This document shows, piece by piece, positions 28,639-39,160 of a stretch of 64,000 nt of DNA. The notes under the pieces are model-generated. The model saw only the letters and a list, made by a program, of their open reading frames with translations. It was not told where the DNA came from and did no database searches. The DNA is from Nitrosopumilus sp. Its GTDB lineage: Archaea; Thermoproteota; Nitrososphaeria; Nitrososphaerales; Nitrosopumilaceae. The DNA lies in assembly GCA_965223425.1 (NCBI GenBank), contig OZ245003.1, forward strand, positions 160,001-224,000, written 5' to 3'. The translations under genes and the position numbers were made by a program. Positions within the stretch are counted from its first letter, which is position 1; every line of letters starts with the position of its first letter.

Positions 28639-28710
28639 TCATCTGGCACGCGGATTTTTTCATCATCCCTTTCGGTCCGTTCGCCCATCGAAATCCCGCG
28701 TACCAGATGA
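28639..28710 (-). ncRNA. candidate K-turn-containing hairpin sRNA
   Basis: 19-20 bp stem with a G.U pair on the minus strand; apical CGGA-CC-GAAA-GG-GAU-GA-UG fits a K-turn capped by a GNRA loop. Confidence 0.6.
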
Positions 28711-28732
28711 GCACAATTCTCAAAATAATGTA

Positions 28733-29968
28733 TTATCTCTTTTCTTCCAAAATTTGGGCAGCAATTCTTGCTGAATTTTCCGCCCCATTAGGAACAAAAT
28801 TCTTTGAAAATTCCCTCAGATTCTCTTCAAATTCCTCATAATTTCCTTTAATTTTGGATATTGCATCAGTTACTTGTTTTGTTTTTGTGGCCAATATGCC
28901 CAGGTTTTTCTCTTCGGCCCACTTGATATTGTTTGTGTGCTCATCATAAATGGGAATTCCAATTATTGGTTTTGCTTTTCCGCCCATAATCTCCCCCATT
29001 ACGGTATGAGAGCCATTTACAACTGCATATCTGCACAGATTTAATACTGTGTCTTTTTCTTGTTCTGAAAGAAAACCAACATCGATTTGTATCCAATCTA
29101 TCTTTTTATCTGAGGCTTCTTCAATTGAATATTTTTTACCATCTTTTCCTGTTACTGAATCTACATTTGGATCATTTCTTGCGTGCGAAATGATTCTTTT
29201 TTCATTCCTCATTTGATCTTGATGAAACACATCCTCATATTTTTGGCCTGTCCCATCATTTGTTGACTTGTTTCCAGTTCTCATCCAATACCCGAATTCA
29301 TTATTTCCAACTAATTTTTCAAGATCTGAATCGTCTTCTTTTACGATTTGTTTGTTATTTGTAAAGTGTCCTACATATGTTATTTTTTCTCTTACTTTCT
29401 TGGTGAAATTTAGATTATATTCACAGACTGTGTATGGCGGTGGCGAATCTGCAACAAGAATTTTTGATGCCTTGGAAATTTGTTTTGCAATAAAGATTAA
29501 TGATGGATAAAGATATGATCTTGAACTGTAGAGTCTAGGTTTAAATTGATTTGTTATAAACAAACTTGGAATGTTTCTGTTTTTTGCCAAAATATTTGAA
29601 CCCATATCGCCATCGTTGATTACAAGATCAAATTTTTCTTTATTGTACAGTTTTCTTTCTTCTTTCAGATAATTTGCAATCTGTCTTACTAATGGAGGAT
29701 TTTTTGAAATTGGTAATAACAAATTCATCAGTGACATTGAAACACTTGGACCAAACTTTCCATCAATTGGGGTGGGCATTAAGATCTCATGGATTTTCTC
29801 TTTTTCGTCTGGAAACCTTTTTAGTAATTTTTCATAAACGTGATCCTTACTTGAAAAATGAATCTCAAATTCTTCTTTTATGTGGTCTCGTAATACTTCA
29901 TTTAGCCTCATCATTCGGGAATAATGGCCGCTTCCCCATGGATAGATAAATTCTCCTATTTTGAGCAC
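28733..29968 (-). CDS. GT-B glycosyltransferase (GT28-like)
   Basis: WGSGHYSR, DLVINDGD, GSHTVMGE, PIYDEH. Confidence 0.85.
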   Translation of the reverse strand: MLKIGEFIYPWGSGHYSRMMRLNEVLRDHIKEEFEIHFSSKDHVYEKLLKRFPDEKEKIHEILMPTPIDGKFGPSVSMSLMNLLLPISKNPPLVRQIANYLKEERKLYNKEKFDLVINDGDMGSNILAKNRNIPSLFITNQFKPRLYSSRSYLYPSLIFIAKQISKASKILVADSPPPYTVCEYNLNFTKKVREKITYVGHFTNNKQIVKEDDSDLEKLVGNNEFGYWMRTGNKSTNDGTGQKYEDVFHQDQMRNEKRIISHARNDPNVDSVTGKDGKKYSIEEASDKKIDWIQIDVGFLSEQEKDTVLNLCRYAVVNGSHTVMGEIMGGKAKPIIGIPIYDEHTNNIKWAEEKNLGILATKTKQVTDAISKIKGNYEEFEENLREFSKNFVPNGAENSARIAAQILEEKR

Positions 29969-29998
29969 AATATGAAACCAAATATGCCGTTTAAATTC

Positions 29999-31114
29999 TC
30001 AATGATTTTCCTCTAGGGAATCTAAAATATCATGAACATTGTTAGGCCCTACCTGAATCGAAACCTTTTTCTTTGTTTTAAGAGCATTTCCTACCTCTTT
30101 TTTTGAAAAATTAGGAATTTCAGTAGAATTAATCGTGATCATCTTTTCTAATTTTTTGATGTTTCTTTCCAATCCTATCTCTTTTGCATCATTAAACAAA
30201 TTATCGTCTACGCCAACAAGTGGGGTTATTGGAATCTTTTCCTTTTCAAATACGTGTTTTAATGAATTTGCAATAAAATCTGTAGAAAATACCAGTGGTG
30301 ATAAAGCTAGTGATACATAGTTGTTTGAGTCCTGCAGCATTATTTCTAATATGGAATTTACACAAGTCAAGTAATTTTTAACTCCGTTTGGATTTATCTT
30401 TAGATGAAAAAACTCTAATTCGATTTTATCTTGTACCAACCTTGGAATTATTTGATTGATCATTTTAGCTAAATTCATCAATTCTGATTTTTGTCTATAA
30501 CAAACTATGATCTTGGCGTCATAACCTTGTTTTATTGTTTCATAACAAGAAACTGCAGAAATTTCATCGTATATTGCACAAATTGTTTTCTGATTTTGTG
30601 ATTGATATGGAATGCCTCCCTTACCTTTGTCTAAGAAAATACAGATGTATGCATTATTTTTTGTTAAATATGTATACAGCAATTTATCATAATTTTCTTC
30701 AGTTCCAGGATGAGCTCCAAGTTTTGATTTCTTATCTATTATGCTTGATGTTGCAGCAATTTCAACATCCTTTGTGACAAATCCTCTTGATGAACCTTCA
30801 ACTCTTACTAGGAATTTTTCACCCTTTAGGAGTAGATTTCCACCTATAGATGTAATCTCTGATACAATTCCTTGAAAATCATTTTTCGTATGCCTGGCAA
30901 TTGCAATTTTTTCAATTCCAAAAAGTAAATTGATTGCAGATGATGCAAATACGGGATCATTTGCTTCAACTAAGATTACATCTCCATCACGTTTTACTGA
31001 TTTGAATTGTTGATTCTTTACCTTGAGAATTTTTTTGATGTTTATAATTAACTGCGGAATTTTATTTTTTGCAAATATAGTTGGAAAAACCACAACATAC
31101 GACATTTCATTCAT
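29999..31114 (-). CDS. THUMP-domain / ThiI-like protein lacking a canonical PP-loop
   Basis: THUMP (LLFGIEKI, FLVRVEG, GKGGIP) plus degenerate C-terminal domain. Confidence 0.75.
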   Translation of the reverse strand: MNEMSYVVVFPTIFAKNKIPQLIINIKKILKVKNQQFKSVKRDGDVILVEANDPVFASSAINLLFGIEKIAIARHTKNDFQGIVSEITSIGGNLLLKGEKFLVRVEGSSRGFVTKDVEIAATSSIIDKKSKLGAHPGTEENYDKLLYTYLTKNNAYICIFLDKGKGGIPYQSQNQKTICAIYDEISAVSCYETIKQGYDAKIIVCYRQKSELMNLAKMINQIIPRLVQDKIELEFFHLKINPNGVKNYLTCVNSILEIMLQDSNNYVSLALSPLVFSTDFIANSLKHVFEKEKIPITPLVGVDDNLFNDAKEIGLERNIKKLEKMITINSTEIPNFSKKEVGNALKTKKKVSIQVGPNNVHDILDSLEENH

Positions 31115-31198
31115 ATTTTCTATTTTGAAATCTACTTGTTTATAATTTAGGATAAAACGTCGGGTAATCAATATAAAACAAATACTTGAGGTGAATAT

Positions 31199-31915
31199 AT
31201 GACAAAATTCACACAAGAACAAGTTGATGATCTTAATTCAAGAATAAAGACTACTGAAGAGGCACTTCAATGGACCTCAGATAATTTACATCCTAAAGTT
31301 GCTAAAGCATCAAGCTTTGGGGCCGAAGACACAGTAATTATGGATATCATGATAAAAATTAATCCAAAATTTAGATTCTTTACCCTAGACACCGGAAGAC
31401 TGCCACAGGAAACTTATGACATTATGGATGTTGTAAGAAAAAAATACAACGTTTCAATTGAAGTGCTGTTTCCTGATGCCAAAGAAGTTGAAGACATGGT
31501 TAGAAAAAAAGGCGTTAATCTCTTCTATGAAAGTGTGGAGAACAGAAAACTGTGTTGTGAAATTCGTAAAGTGCATCCAATGAATAAGATGTTGAGTACT
31601 CTGGATGGTTGGATTACCGGATTAAGACGTGATCAAACCAAAAATCGAGAAAATGCAACAATCTTCCAACTAGATCAAGGCCATGGTGGAATTCTAAAGA
31701 TTAATCCAATCATTGGTTGGACTTGGGATCAAGTTCAAGAATATATCAAAAAGAACAACCTGCCATACAACAGTCTTCTTGACAAAGGTTACCCAAGTAT
31801 TGGCTGTGAGCCTTGTTCAAGACCCATAAAACCTGGAGAGGATCCCCGAGCAGGAAGATGGTGGTGGGAACAAGATGGAAACAAAGAGTGTGGAATTCAT
31901 ATAGACCATAAATAG
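31199..31915 (+). CDS. cysH: adenylyl-sulfate (APS/PAPS) reductase, thioredoxin-dependent
   Basis: SSFGAED, LDTG, CCEIRKV, GYPSIGCEPC, ECGIH. Confidence 0.95.
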   Translation: MTKFTQEQVDDLNSRIKTTEEALQWTSDNLHPKVAKASSFGAEDTVIMDIMIKINPKFRFFTLDTGRLPQETYDIMDVVRKKYNVSIEVLFPDAKEVEDMVRKKGVNLFYESVENRKLCCEIRKVHPMNKMLSTLDGWITGLRRDQTKNRENATIFQLDQGHGGILKINPIIGWTWDQVQEYIKKNNLPYNSLLDKGYPSIGCEPCSRPIKPGEDPRAGRWWWEQDGNKECGIHIDHK

Positions 31916-31924
31916 AGAACCTGC

Positions 31925-33067
31925 ATGTCAGAAAATGACTCAATTAAACCGCATGGTGGCGTACTAGTTAACCGAATTACCAAAGTTGATCCATCCGGAT
32001 TGCTCTCAATCCAAATCAGTGAAGACCTAGCAAATGACGTTGAAAATATAGCTGACGGAATTTTTAGCCCTCTAGAAGGATTTTTGGGTAAAGAAGACTT
32101 TGAAAGCGTTGTTTCACGGGGAAGACTATCAAATGGTTTGGCATGGACAATTCCAATTGTACTTGATGTTGATGAATCCACGGCATCTAAAATGAAAGAT
32201 GCCGGTGATGCATTATTGCAAAATCCTCAAGGTCTTGGCGTTGCAGTGTTACACGTTGATGAGACTTTTTGTTTTGATAAAGAAAAGACCGCACAGGGAG
32301 TCTATGGAACAACCGACTCGTCCCATCCAGGCGTTGCAAAGACAATGTCAATGAAGGATTATCTAGTTGGTGGTAAGATTGACTATATTCAAAGACCAGA
32401 AGATTCAGAAATCAGAAAATATAGGCTTGCACCTAAACAAACTCGAGAAGCATTCGCACAAGCAGGATGGAAGACAATATGCGCATTCCAGACACGAAAT
32501 CCTCCGCATGTTGCACATGAAATGCTACAAAAAACATCAATTACAACACGTGATGGGGTATTTGTCAATCCAATCATTGGAAAGAAAAAGTCTGGTGACT
32601 TTGTTGATGATGTTATTGTAAAGTGCTATGAAACTATGATAAAGCTGTACTATCCAGAAAATAGATGCAAACTCGGAACATTGCACACCGAGATGAAGTA
32701 TGCTGGTCCAAAAGAAGCAATACACCATGCAATCATGAGACAAAATTATGGATGCACGCATATCATTATTGGTAGAGATCATGCAGGTGTTGGAAAATTC
32801 TATGATCCATTTGCGGCACAAAAAATATTTGATGATTATCCGGAGTTAGATATTTCTCCTGTATTTTTCCCAGCATTTTTCTATTGTAAACAGTGTCTTA
32901 CGTATACGACTCCAAAAGCGTGTCCACATGATGATGATGCAAAAGAACAGATTAGCGGAACTAAACTTAGGGAGATGATTCAAAATGATCAAGCACCATC
33001 CGAATTTATCCTAAGACCAGAAGTTGCAAAAGTAATTTTAGACACTCCAAAACCTTTTGTTGACTAG
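31925..33067 (+). CDS. sat: sulfate adenylyltransferase
   Basis: [36 protein letters not shown]. Confidence 0.97.
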   Translation: MSENDSIKPHGGVLVNRITKVDPSGLLSIQISEDLANDVENIADGIFSPLEGFLGKEDFESVVSRGRLSNGLAWTIPIVLDVDESTASKMKDAGDALLQNPQGLGVAVLHVDETFCFDKEKTAQGVYGTTDSSHPGVAKTMSMKDYLVGGKIDYIQRPEDSEIRKYRLAPKQTREAFAQAGWKTICAFQTRNPPHVAHEMLQKTSITTRDGVFVNPIIGKKKSGDFVDDVIVKCYETMIKLYYPENRCKLGTLHTEMKYAGPKEAIHHAIMRQNYGCTHIIIGRDHAGVGKFYDPFAAQKIFDDYPELDISPVFFPAFFYCKQCLTYTTPKACPHDDDAKEQISGTKLREMIQNDQAPSEFILRPEVAKVILDTPKPFVD

Positions 33068-33097
33068 ATATTTATTAAATCAAATTTGCTTTAGCTT

Positions 33098-33766
33098 GTG
33101 AAATGCCTATTAACAATAGTTTTGTTTGCAGGATTTTTTGTCTCTCCTGCGTTTGCTCAAGATGCAATAAATCCCTCATTAATTATTGATACAATAGAAA
33201 TTCCTGCAGAAGAATTCAACAGAATCCTACGAGATGCGCCAATAGTAAAGCTTGATGATGCCCATGCTGTTAGCTGGCAAGTTACAATTGACAACAACCT
33301 GCTTTATGCAAATCCAAATGGCGATGCCGTCTTTAGGGTATATGATCAAGAATCCATTGACGAATTTATTGAAATTGGAATGGGTTCACAGCCTGATAAC
33401 AAATTTTGGGTTGCAGTTCAAACACCAAAGGAAGGATACATTGTAATTCACAGAGACTTTGATAGAGGCTGGTATCCCCAAGCAAAATCTATTGTTTCTT
33501 ACACTGACAGAGCTGGGCTAACTGTCAATAATGGTGCAAGAATTGTAGTTACCAATCTGGATATTGGCGTATTTGCAGTTGATTCCTATTCCACTCATGG
33601 GTTGGGAGCCTCTACTGATCCCCCGGCAGTAAATTCTGGAAGCATGATTGTAGAATTTTTATCAGGTGATCCCTCAAAGAACATCTATTCTCTATATCCG
33701 TTTTATATTGCCGCAGCTGTTGGTGCTCTGGTTGGAATATTATTTCTGACTAAGAAGCGTTCTTAG
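33098..33766 (+). CDS. exported membrane-anchored hypothetical protein
   Basis: Signal peptide (SPAFA-Q) and C-terminal TM plus KKRS. Confidence 0.85.
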   Translation: MKCLLTIVLFAGFFVSPAFAQDAINPSLIIDTIEIPAEEFNRILRDAPIVKLDDAHAVSWQVTIDNNLLYANPNGDAVFRVYDQESIDEFIEIGMGSQPDNKFWVAVQTPKEGYIVIHRDFDRGWYPQAKSIVSYTDRAGLTVNNGARIVVTNLDIGVFAVDSYSTHGLGASTDPPAVNSGSMIVEFLSGDPSKNIYSLYPFYIAAAVGALVGILFLTKKRS

Positions 33767-34409
33767 TTTTGTAATATTTGCAATTTTTCCTAATCTTACA
33801 TACATCACACATTGGTGAAATTGGCTTGCAGATATTTTGACCATACATAACAAAAGTATCATTAATGTCAAGCCAAAATTCTTTCTTAATCTTCCTCATT
33901 AATTCTTGTTCGGTTTCTTCTGGATTTTTTGTATCTACTAATCCCAGTCTATTTGAGATTCTATGAACATGAATATCAACTGGGATTGCAGGTTTCTCAA
34001 ACGCATAAACCAAAACACAATTAGCAGTTTTTCTACCAACGCCTGGTAGCTGGACTAGGGTTTCTAAATCACACGGGACTTTGCCTTTGTATTTTGAATC
34101 AATTATCTTTGCAACTTCGATAATCCTTTTCGATTTTACATGATAAAACCCAATTGATTTTATTATTTTCTCTATGTCTTTTAGTTTGGCATTTGCAAGC
34201 TGTTTTGGATTTTTATATTTTGAAAATAACACCTTGACTACTTTGGTTGTACTTTCATCTTTGGTTCTTGCAGAAAGTATGGTTCCAATAAGAATGCTAA
34301 ATGGGCCTCCTGTCTCAGCTTCATGAAGCTCTCTTAGTGCTGTCATCCTGGGTGGTTTTATAGAATTCATAGTATCCATCATTCCGCGAAGAATTTTTTT
34401 CATTTCCAT
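33750..34409 (-). CDS. nth: endonuclease III
   Basis: HhH LPGVGRKTAN, VDIHVHRI, C-x6-C-x2-C-x5-C. Confidence 0.95.
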   Translation of the reverse strand: MEMKKILRGMMDTMNSIKPPRMTALRELHEAETGGPFSILIGTILSARTKDESTTKVVKVLFSKYKNPKQLANAKLKDIEKIIKSIGFYHVKSKRIIEVAKIIDSKYKGKVPCDLETLVQLPGVGRKTANCVLVYAFEKPAIPVDIHVHRISNRLGLVDTKNPEETEQELMRKIKKEFWLDINDTFVMYGQNICKPISPMCDVCKIRKNCKYYKTKNAS

Positions 34410-34458
34410 CTGAAAAACTGCGTACAAGTATTATAACTGTAATAACCAAGGATTCTCA

Positions 34459-35613
34459 TTGGATCTAACAAGAGAAGAAGAATCTGCACTAAAGGGGGAT
34501 CAGGGAGAAACCATGGAGATGGCATACAGAATTCTAGTTGCAACAGGCCAAGCAACTGATGCTGAGAGACTGGTGCCCATAGAATGGGCTCATCTTTCTG
34601 GTGTAAACTATAATACTATTGGAGATGCAGGCGAAGAGTTTCTTTCTGGCCTTAGTAAAAATGCTCGAGTTAAAGTCAAAACAACCCTTAATCCAATGGG
34701 GTTTGATGCTGATAATGTGTCAAATTATGGATTGGATGAAAATTTTATCTCAAAACAGCTGTCGATTAGAAATTCATATGAAACCATGGGAGTTACTCCT
34801 TCATTTTCATGCATTCCTTACGAAATTTTTGATATTCCAAAAGATGGAACACAGGTTGCATTTGCCGAAAGTAATGCAGCTATTCACGCAAATTCGTATG
34901 ACAGTCTAAAGACAAACAAAGAAAGTTCGTTTAGTGCACTAGCTAGTGCAATTACTGGAAAAAGTCCCTACTCTTCATTGCGAAAGGAAGACACTCCAAA
35001 CGTAACTATTAGAATGAAGGTAAAAAATCCAAACGAACTGACATATGGAATGCTTGGATTTTTTGCTGGAAAAGTTGGCGACACTTCTGTAAACATCTCG
35101 GGTCTTGCAGAGATGGATAGACGGCAATGCAAAGCTATGTGTGGAGGAATGGGAACATCTGGTACCTGCGCAAAATTTCTTTTTGGAGAAGGGGATTCTG
35201 ACTGTGAAAAAGTAGATTTTGATGACAAAGAAATGCAAACTGTTCATGACGAACTAAATACTGCTGAGAAAGGCGATTTGATTACGCTTGGCAGCCCTCA
35301 ATTGGGGTTAGAAGAGATCTCTGATCTCGCTGGTAAACTAAAGGGCCGTTCTTTCAAAAAGAGATGTATGGTATTCTGCCCTAGAACCGTAAAAGAACAA
35401 GCAAGAAGAATTGGATATGCAAATGAACTTGAACATGCAGGCTGCGAAATTCTCTCTGATTGCTGTGCGTGTCTAACTCCTTTGATAGACAAAGGTGACG
35501 TTGATGCAGTAACCACAAACAGCATCAAGGGCGCATTTTATCTTAAAAATTCTAATGGTGTAGACGTAAATCTAAAATCACTGTCACAAATTGTTGAAGA
35601 CGAGACAAAATGA
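34459..35613 (+). CDS. aconitase X catalytic subunit (phosphomevalonate dehydratase large subunit, DUF521)
   Basis: AHLSGVNYNTIGDAG, TTLNP, SCIPY, AESNA; adjacent DUF126 gene. Confidence 0.9.
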   Translation: MDLTREEESALKGDQGETMEMAYRILVATGQATDAERLVPIEWAHLSGVNYNTIGDAGEEFLSGLSKNARVKVKTTLNPMGFDADNVSNYGLDENFISKQLSIRNSYETMGVTPSFSCIPYEIFDIPKDGTQVAFAESNAAIHANSYDSLKTNKESSFSALASAITGKSPYSSLRKEDTPNVTIRMKVKNPNELTYGMLGFFAGKVGDTSVNISGLAEMDRRQCKAMCGGMGTSGTCAKFLFGEGDSDCEKVDFDDKEMQTVHDELNTAEKGDLITLGSPQLGLEEISDLAGKLKGRSFKKRCMVFCPRTVKEQARRIGYANELEHAGCEILSDCCACLTPLIDKGDVDAVTTNSIKGAFYLKNSNGVDVNLKSLSQIVEDETK

Positions 35614-35996
35614 AAAAAATTCTGGTTTCAGGAAAAGTTGAAGGAATTGTTTTAAAATCAAATAAACCGATTAATTTTCTAGGCACAGTGGATAAAAAAA
35701 CTGGAATTATCAGCGACAAGAACCATGATTTGTTTGAAAAACCCATCAAAGACGTAATTCTTGTATTTCCTTCAGGTGTTGGTAGCAGCGTTGGCGCATA
35801 TACAATTTATTCAATCAAATCAAACAATGTTGCGCCTCTTGCAATGATCTGCCAAAAAGCCGATCTTACAGTAGCCACCGGATGTGCATTAGCAAATATT
35901 CCGTTAGTTACAGTTACTGATGAAGAATTCTCCTCTATTGATAATGGAATGAAACTTTCACTTGATACAGGCTTGTCTGACCCAATTATTCAGTAA
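35610..35996 (+). CDS. aconitase X swivel subunit (DUF126; phosphomevalonate dehydratase small subunit)
   Basis: INFLGTVD, FPSGVGSSVG. Confidence 0.9.
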   Translation: MKKILVSGKVEGIVLKSNKPINFLGTVDKKTGIISDKNHDLFEKPIKDVILVFPSGVGSSVGAYTIYSIKSNNVAPLAMICQKADLTVATGCALANIPLVTVTDEEFSSIDNGMKLSLDTGLSDPIIQ

Positions 35997-37920
35997 ACTC
36001 TTCCTTTTGCGCATCTCCGAGACCTATCTCTTTAATCTGACTTTTTCCAGCAGGTAAAACACGAACAAAATCATCAATACTAATTTTTTTTGTAATCTCT
36101 TCTTCTAATCTGGAAAATTCAATTCTGATTTTCTTGGCAGCATCAACCATCTCTAAACCATGTGGTTCAATTACTGCAAAACAGATGGAATTTTTCTTTA
36201 TTGTTTTTGGCGGACCGCATGTCAAAGCGTATCCGCCTTCTTGAGAAATTATTCCTACGGATAATCTAAGAGTTTCTGATTTGATAAAATTTCTTTGTCC
36301 ATGAATTGTAAAAGATCCCTTTGGCAAAAATTCTCCACTAGGTGCTGATTTCTTCACTTGATCAGGATTTACCCAGTATGCGCTGACTCCATACATTCCT
36401 TCTCTCCATGCGCGACTAAAACAAACCGTAGCATGTGCAACCTCATTCATACTTCCATCAGGCGCATTTTGCGCGTCTTTTAAAATAAAAAATGGCGATC
36501 CAAAGATATCGCCATGAAATATCTTGTCATTTTTTCCTAAATGCTTTCTAACCACTGCTGAATTTGACGCTGCGTCTCTTCCGCCAATTGTAAGCAAACC
36601 ATCAGATGTGTGGAACCATCTGTATCTCTCATACCAGTTTTTCTTTCTTATTTCTGAAACCAGTATTGCGTCTTTTTCAGACTCGGTTTTGTTTTGTACT
36701 TTTTCTAGCTTTTTTTCTGTTTTTGACTTGATCTCCTCGATTGAACCTATTGCACTTGATTGTTTTTTTGCTTTATCAAATAGTACGGATGCGATTGACT
36801 GGAGGGAGGCTTTGGTGTTTATCTTTATTTTTTCGTCTTGAATAGCAATGAGTGAAATTCCCTTTTCGTTAACCAGTCTTGTGCTCTGCTTTGTCAAAAT
36901 TTCCTGTGCAGAGGCATCTTCGATTGACGTAATTCCTTTTGAAGCCATCTCAAAAAGAGAATTTGCAACAGCTGTAATGCTTTTTGATTTTTCTTTTACT
37001 GTCTCAATTGCTTTTTCTTGTTCAGAAATTTGTGTTTGTAGCTCTTTGATTTTTTTATCTGAACTGCCTGATTGAATTAATCTCCCTTTCTCCACTAAAC
37101 TTCCTGTAAAGACTGTATCCAACCCTTTGATGAAGCTATCTGCTTTTGTTATCTCTCCTTTTGGCTCTCCTAGCGGTATTGGAAGAACTTCAGTTTTTTC
37201 ATCTCTTACTATCACTGCTTCATGCTTTCCCGTTATGACATCTGCAACAATCTTTTTTGTGGTATCAAAAAGATTTCTTGTTTCCTCGTTGGTTAATTGA
37301 CTTCCAATTTTCTTTGAATCAATGCTTGCAATTTCAAAAATACCTTCGACATATTTTTTTGGGAGACCCAAAGTCCGTCCCACCCATTTTGCAGAAACTA
37401 GATCTGTTGTTTTAAGATCTTCAAAATCTGATTCTGATATATTAAAAATATCTAATCCGCTCTCTGGAGGTTGTGCGTATTCTAATCCGACACTTAGCTT
37501 TCTATGTCTCACGTCTATGGAGTGTTGTAATGCAAGAATCTTCATGTCGTTGTTACATAGTAAAATATTGCCATCTCCAAAAAACTCACCTACTAAAACA
37601 AACTCTTTTCCAAATCCTTCAAAGGTAAAATATGCGATTCTCTCCGCACCAATCTGTTCAATTTTTTTTAACTTTAACCTGAGAAGATCACTTCGTAACC
37701 TCTTGAGTAGTCTGTTTGGTTCCATTTGATCAATTTTTACTGAAGTAAGCCAAACACCGGATGTTGATATCATCATAAAGAGATCGCTTTTTTCAGTATG
37801 ATGAAGCTTGAAGAGAACACTGTCTTTTGTAATCCCATAGATGTTGCTAACATAGTAGTCTTGAACTTGTTTTGATATTTGGTCTACCAAATACCGTAAT
37901 TCAATTCCCGCTAGAGTCAT
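35986..37920 (-). CDS. Rqc2/NEMF (NFACT) ribosome quality-control factor
   Basis: WYERYRWF, GGRDAASN, QVKKSAPSGEFLPKGSF. Confidence 0.93.
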   Translation of the reverse strand: MTLAGIELRYLVDQISKQVQDYYVSNIYGITKDSVLFKLHHTEKSDLFMMISTSGVWLTSVKIDQMEPNRLLKRLRSDLLRLKLKKIEQIGAERIAYFTFEGFGKEFVLVGEFFGDGNILLCNNDMKILALQHSIDVRHRKLSVGLEYAQPPESGLDIFNISESDFEDLKTTDLVSAKWVGRTLGLPKKYVEGIFEIASIDSKKIGSQLTNEETRNLFDTTKKIVADVITGKHEAVIVRDEKTEVLPIPLGEPKGEITKADSFIKGLDTVFTGSLVEKGRLIQSGSSDKKIKELQTQISEQEKAIETVKEKSKSITAVANSLFEMASKGITSIEDASAQEILTKQSTRLVNEKGISLIAIQDEKIKINTKASLQSIASVLFDKAKKQSSAIGSIEEIKSKTEKKLEKVQNKTESEKDAILVSEIRKKNWYERYRWFHTSDGLLTIGGRDAASNSAVVRKHLGKNDKIFHGDIFGSPFFILKDAQNAPDGSMNEVAHATVCFSRAWREGMYGVSAYWVNPDQVKKSAPSGEFLPKGSFTIHGQRNFIKSETLRLSVGIISQEGGYALTCGPPKTIKKNSICFAVIEPHGLEMVDAAKKIRIEFSRLEEEITKKISIDDFVRVLPAGKSQIKEIGLGDAQKEEFTE

Positions 37921-38022
37921 AACACTGTATTTTGTGTCTAAAATTATACTCTTGCTATCATGTGCTTAGTCCCTGACCAAAGATATTAAACATGGTTTGC
38001 TTGAGACACGCTAGAAATTTAC

Positions 38023-38511
38023 TTGGCAAAATTCAAAAAGAAAAAATCTAAACCTACCCCTGAATCAGACGGTTCAAAAACGGAATTGGTAAAAGAAGAA
38101 TCTATTGAGACCCCTGAAACAGAAAAAACTGAACCTGTACCTGAAACGCCCTCCTCTGATCCAGATGTTAGTGAAGCTGATAAAAGTGAAAAAGATAGAA
38201 AGCTAAACAAATTATTTTGGATGCGAGTGAGTTTAGCCATCATAGCTGGTACTGCAGCAACTTTCATCTTTGAAGACATAGAAGGTGAAGATAGAAGATG
38301 GGCATCAATTGGATTTATGATAATAATATTTTTTGGAACAATCATAGTTGCAAAGGGAATGAAAATGCAGTTGCCATCCTCAGATAGAAAGAAACTTGTT
38401 ACACAGGGAATTGGAAGTTATGTCTTTCTGTACCTGTTCATTTGGATTTTAACATATACACTGGTTAATTCAGGAAATGTCTCAACTGGAATACCGACAC
38501 CATTCTCTTAA
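38023..38511 (+). CDS. three-TM membrane protein, EMC6-like
   Basis: Disordered acidic N-terminus; TMs LAIIAGTAA...GIGSYVFLYLFIWILTYTL. Confidence 0.65.
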   Translation: MAKFKKKKSKPTPESDGSKTELVKEESIETPETEKTEPVPETPSSDPDVSEADKSEKDRKLNKLFWMRVSLAIIAGTAATFIFEDIEGEDRRWASIGFMIIIFFGTIIVAKGMKMQLPSSDRKKLVTQGIGSYVFLYLFIWILTYTLVNSGNVSTGIPTPFS

Positions 38512-38533
38512 TTCTAATCAGGTACGATTGTAA

Positions 38534-39124
38534 ATGTGGAATTATAAAACTCCGGGAATTCCTGATGAATATTTTGAACGGACAGAAAATGTCCCAATTA
38601 CAAAAGAGGAAGTAAGAGTTATTCAAATTAGTAAAGCAAGACTGAAGCCAGGACAAACTGTTTATGATATTGGATGTGGAAGCGGTTCAATTTCAATCGA
38701 GGCAGCATTCCAAGTCGAATCATCTGGTAAAGTTTTGGCAGTTGATTATGATGAACATGCTATAGAATTAACTAAAAAGAATCTATACAAGTTTGATCTT
38801 TCAAACGTTTCTGTAATTTCTGGTAATGCTAAAGAAAAGATATCAGAACTTGAAGAAGCAGATGCGATATTCATTGGAGGAACCGGTGGTGATACTAGGG
38901 AAATAGTTGAGCTTTCTCAGAACAAGCTAAAATCTGGAGGCAGGATTGTAATTGGCATAATACTAATTGAAACACTTTATTCAGTATTGCAAATTCTAGA
39001 TAAATTACAGTTCGAGTCAGTTGACATCACTCAAGTAACCATCTCTAAGAGTAGAAAGACTAGCACAGGAACTATGATGCTTGCAAGAAATCCAGTAACT
39101 ATCATTTCTGCCACTAGAGTCTAA
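38534..39124 (+). CDS. cbiT: cobalt-precorrin-6B C15-methyltransferase (decarboxylating)
   Basis: PITKEEVR, DIGCGSGS, FIGG, ARNPV. Confidence 0.93.
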   Translation: MWNYKTPGIPDEYFERTENVPITKEEVRVIQISKARLKPGQTVYDIGCGSGSISIEAAFQVESSGKVLAVDYDEHAIELTKKNLYKFDLSNVSVISGNAKEKISELEEADAIFIGGTGGDTREIVELSQNKLKSGGRIVIGIILIETLYSVLQILDKLQFESVDITQVTISKSRKTSTGTMMLARNPVTIISATRV

Positions 39125-39160
39125 TCTAGATTTTTAATTGGGAATAAATTCATATTTTTC

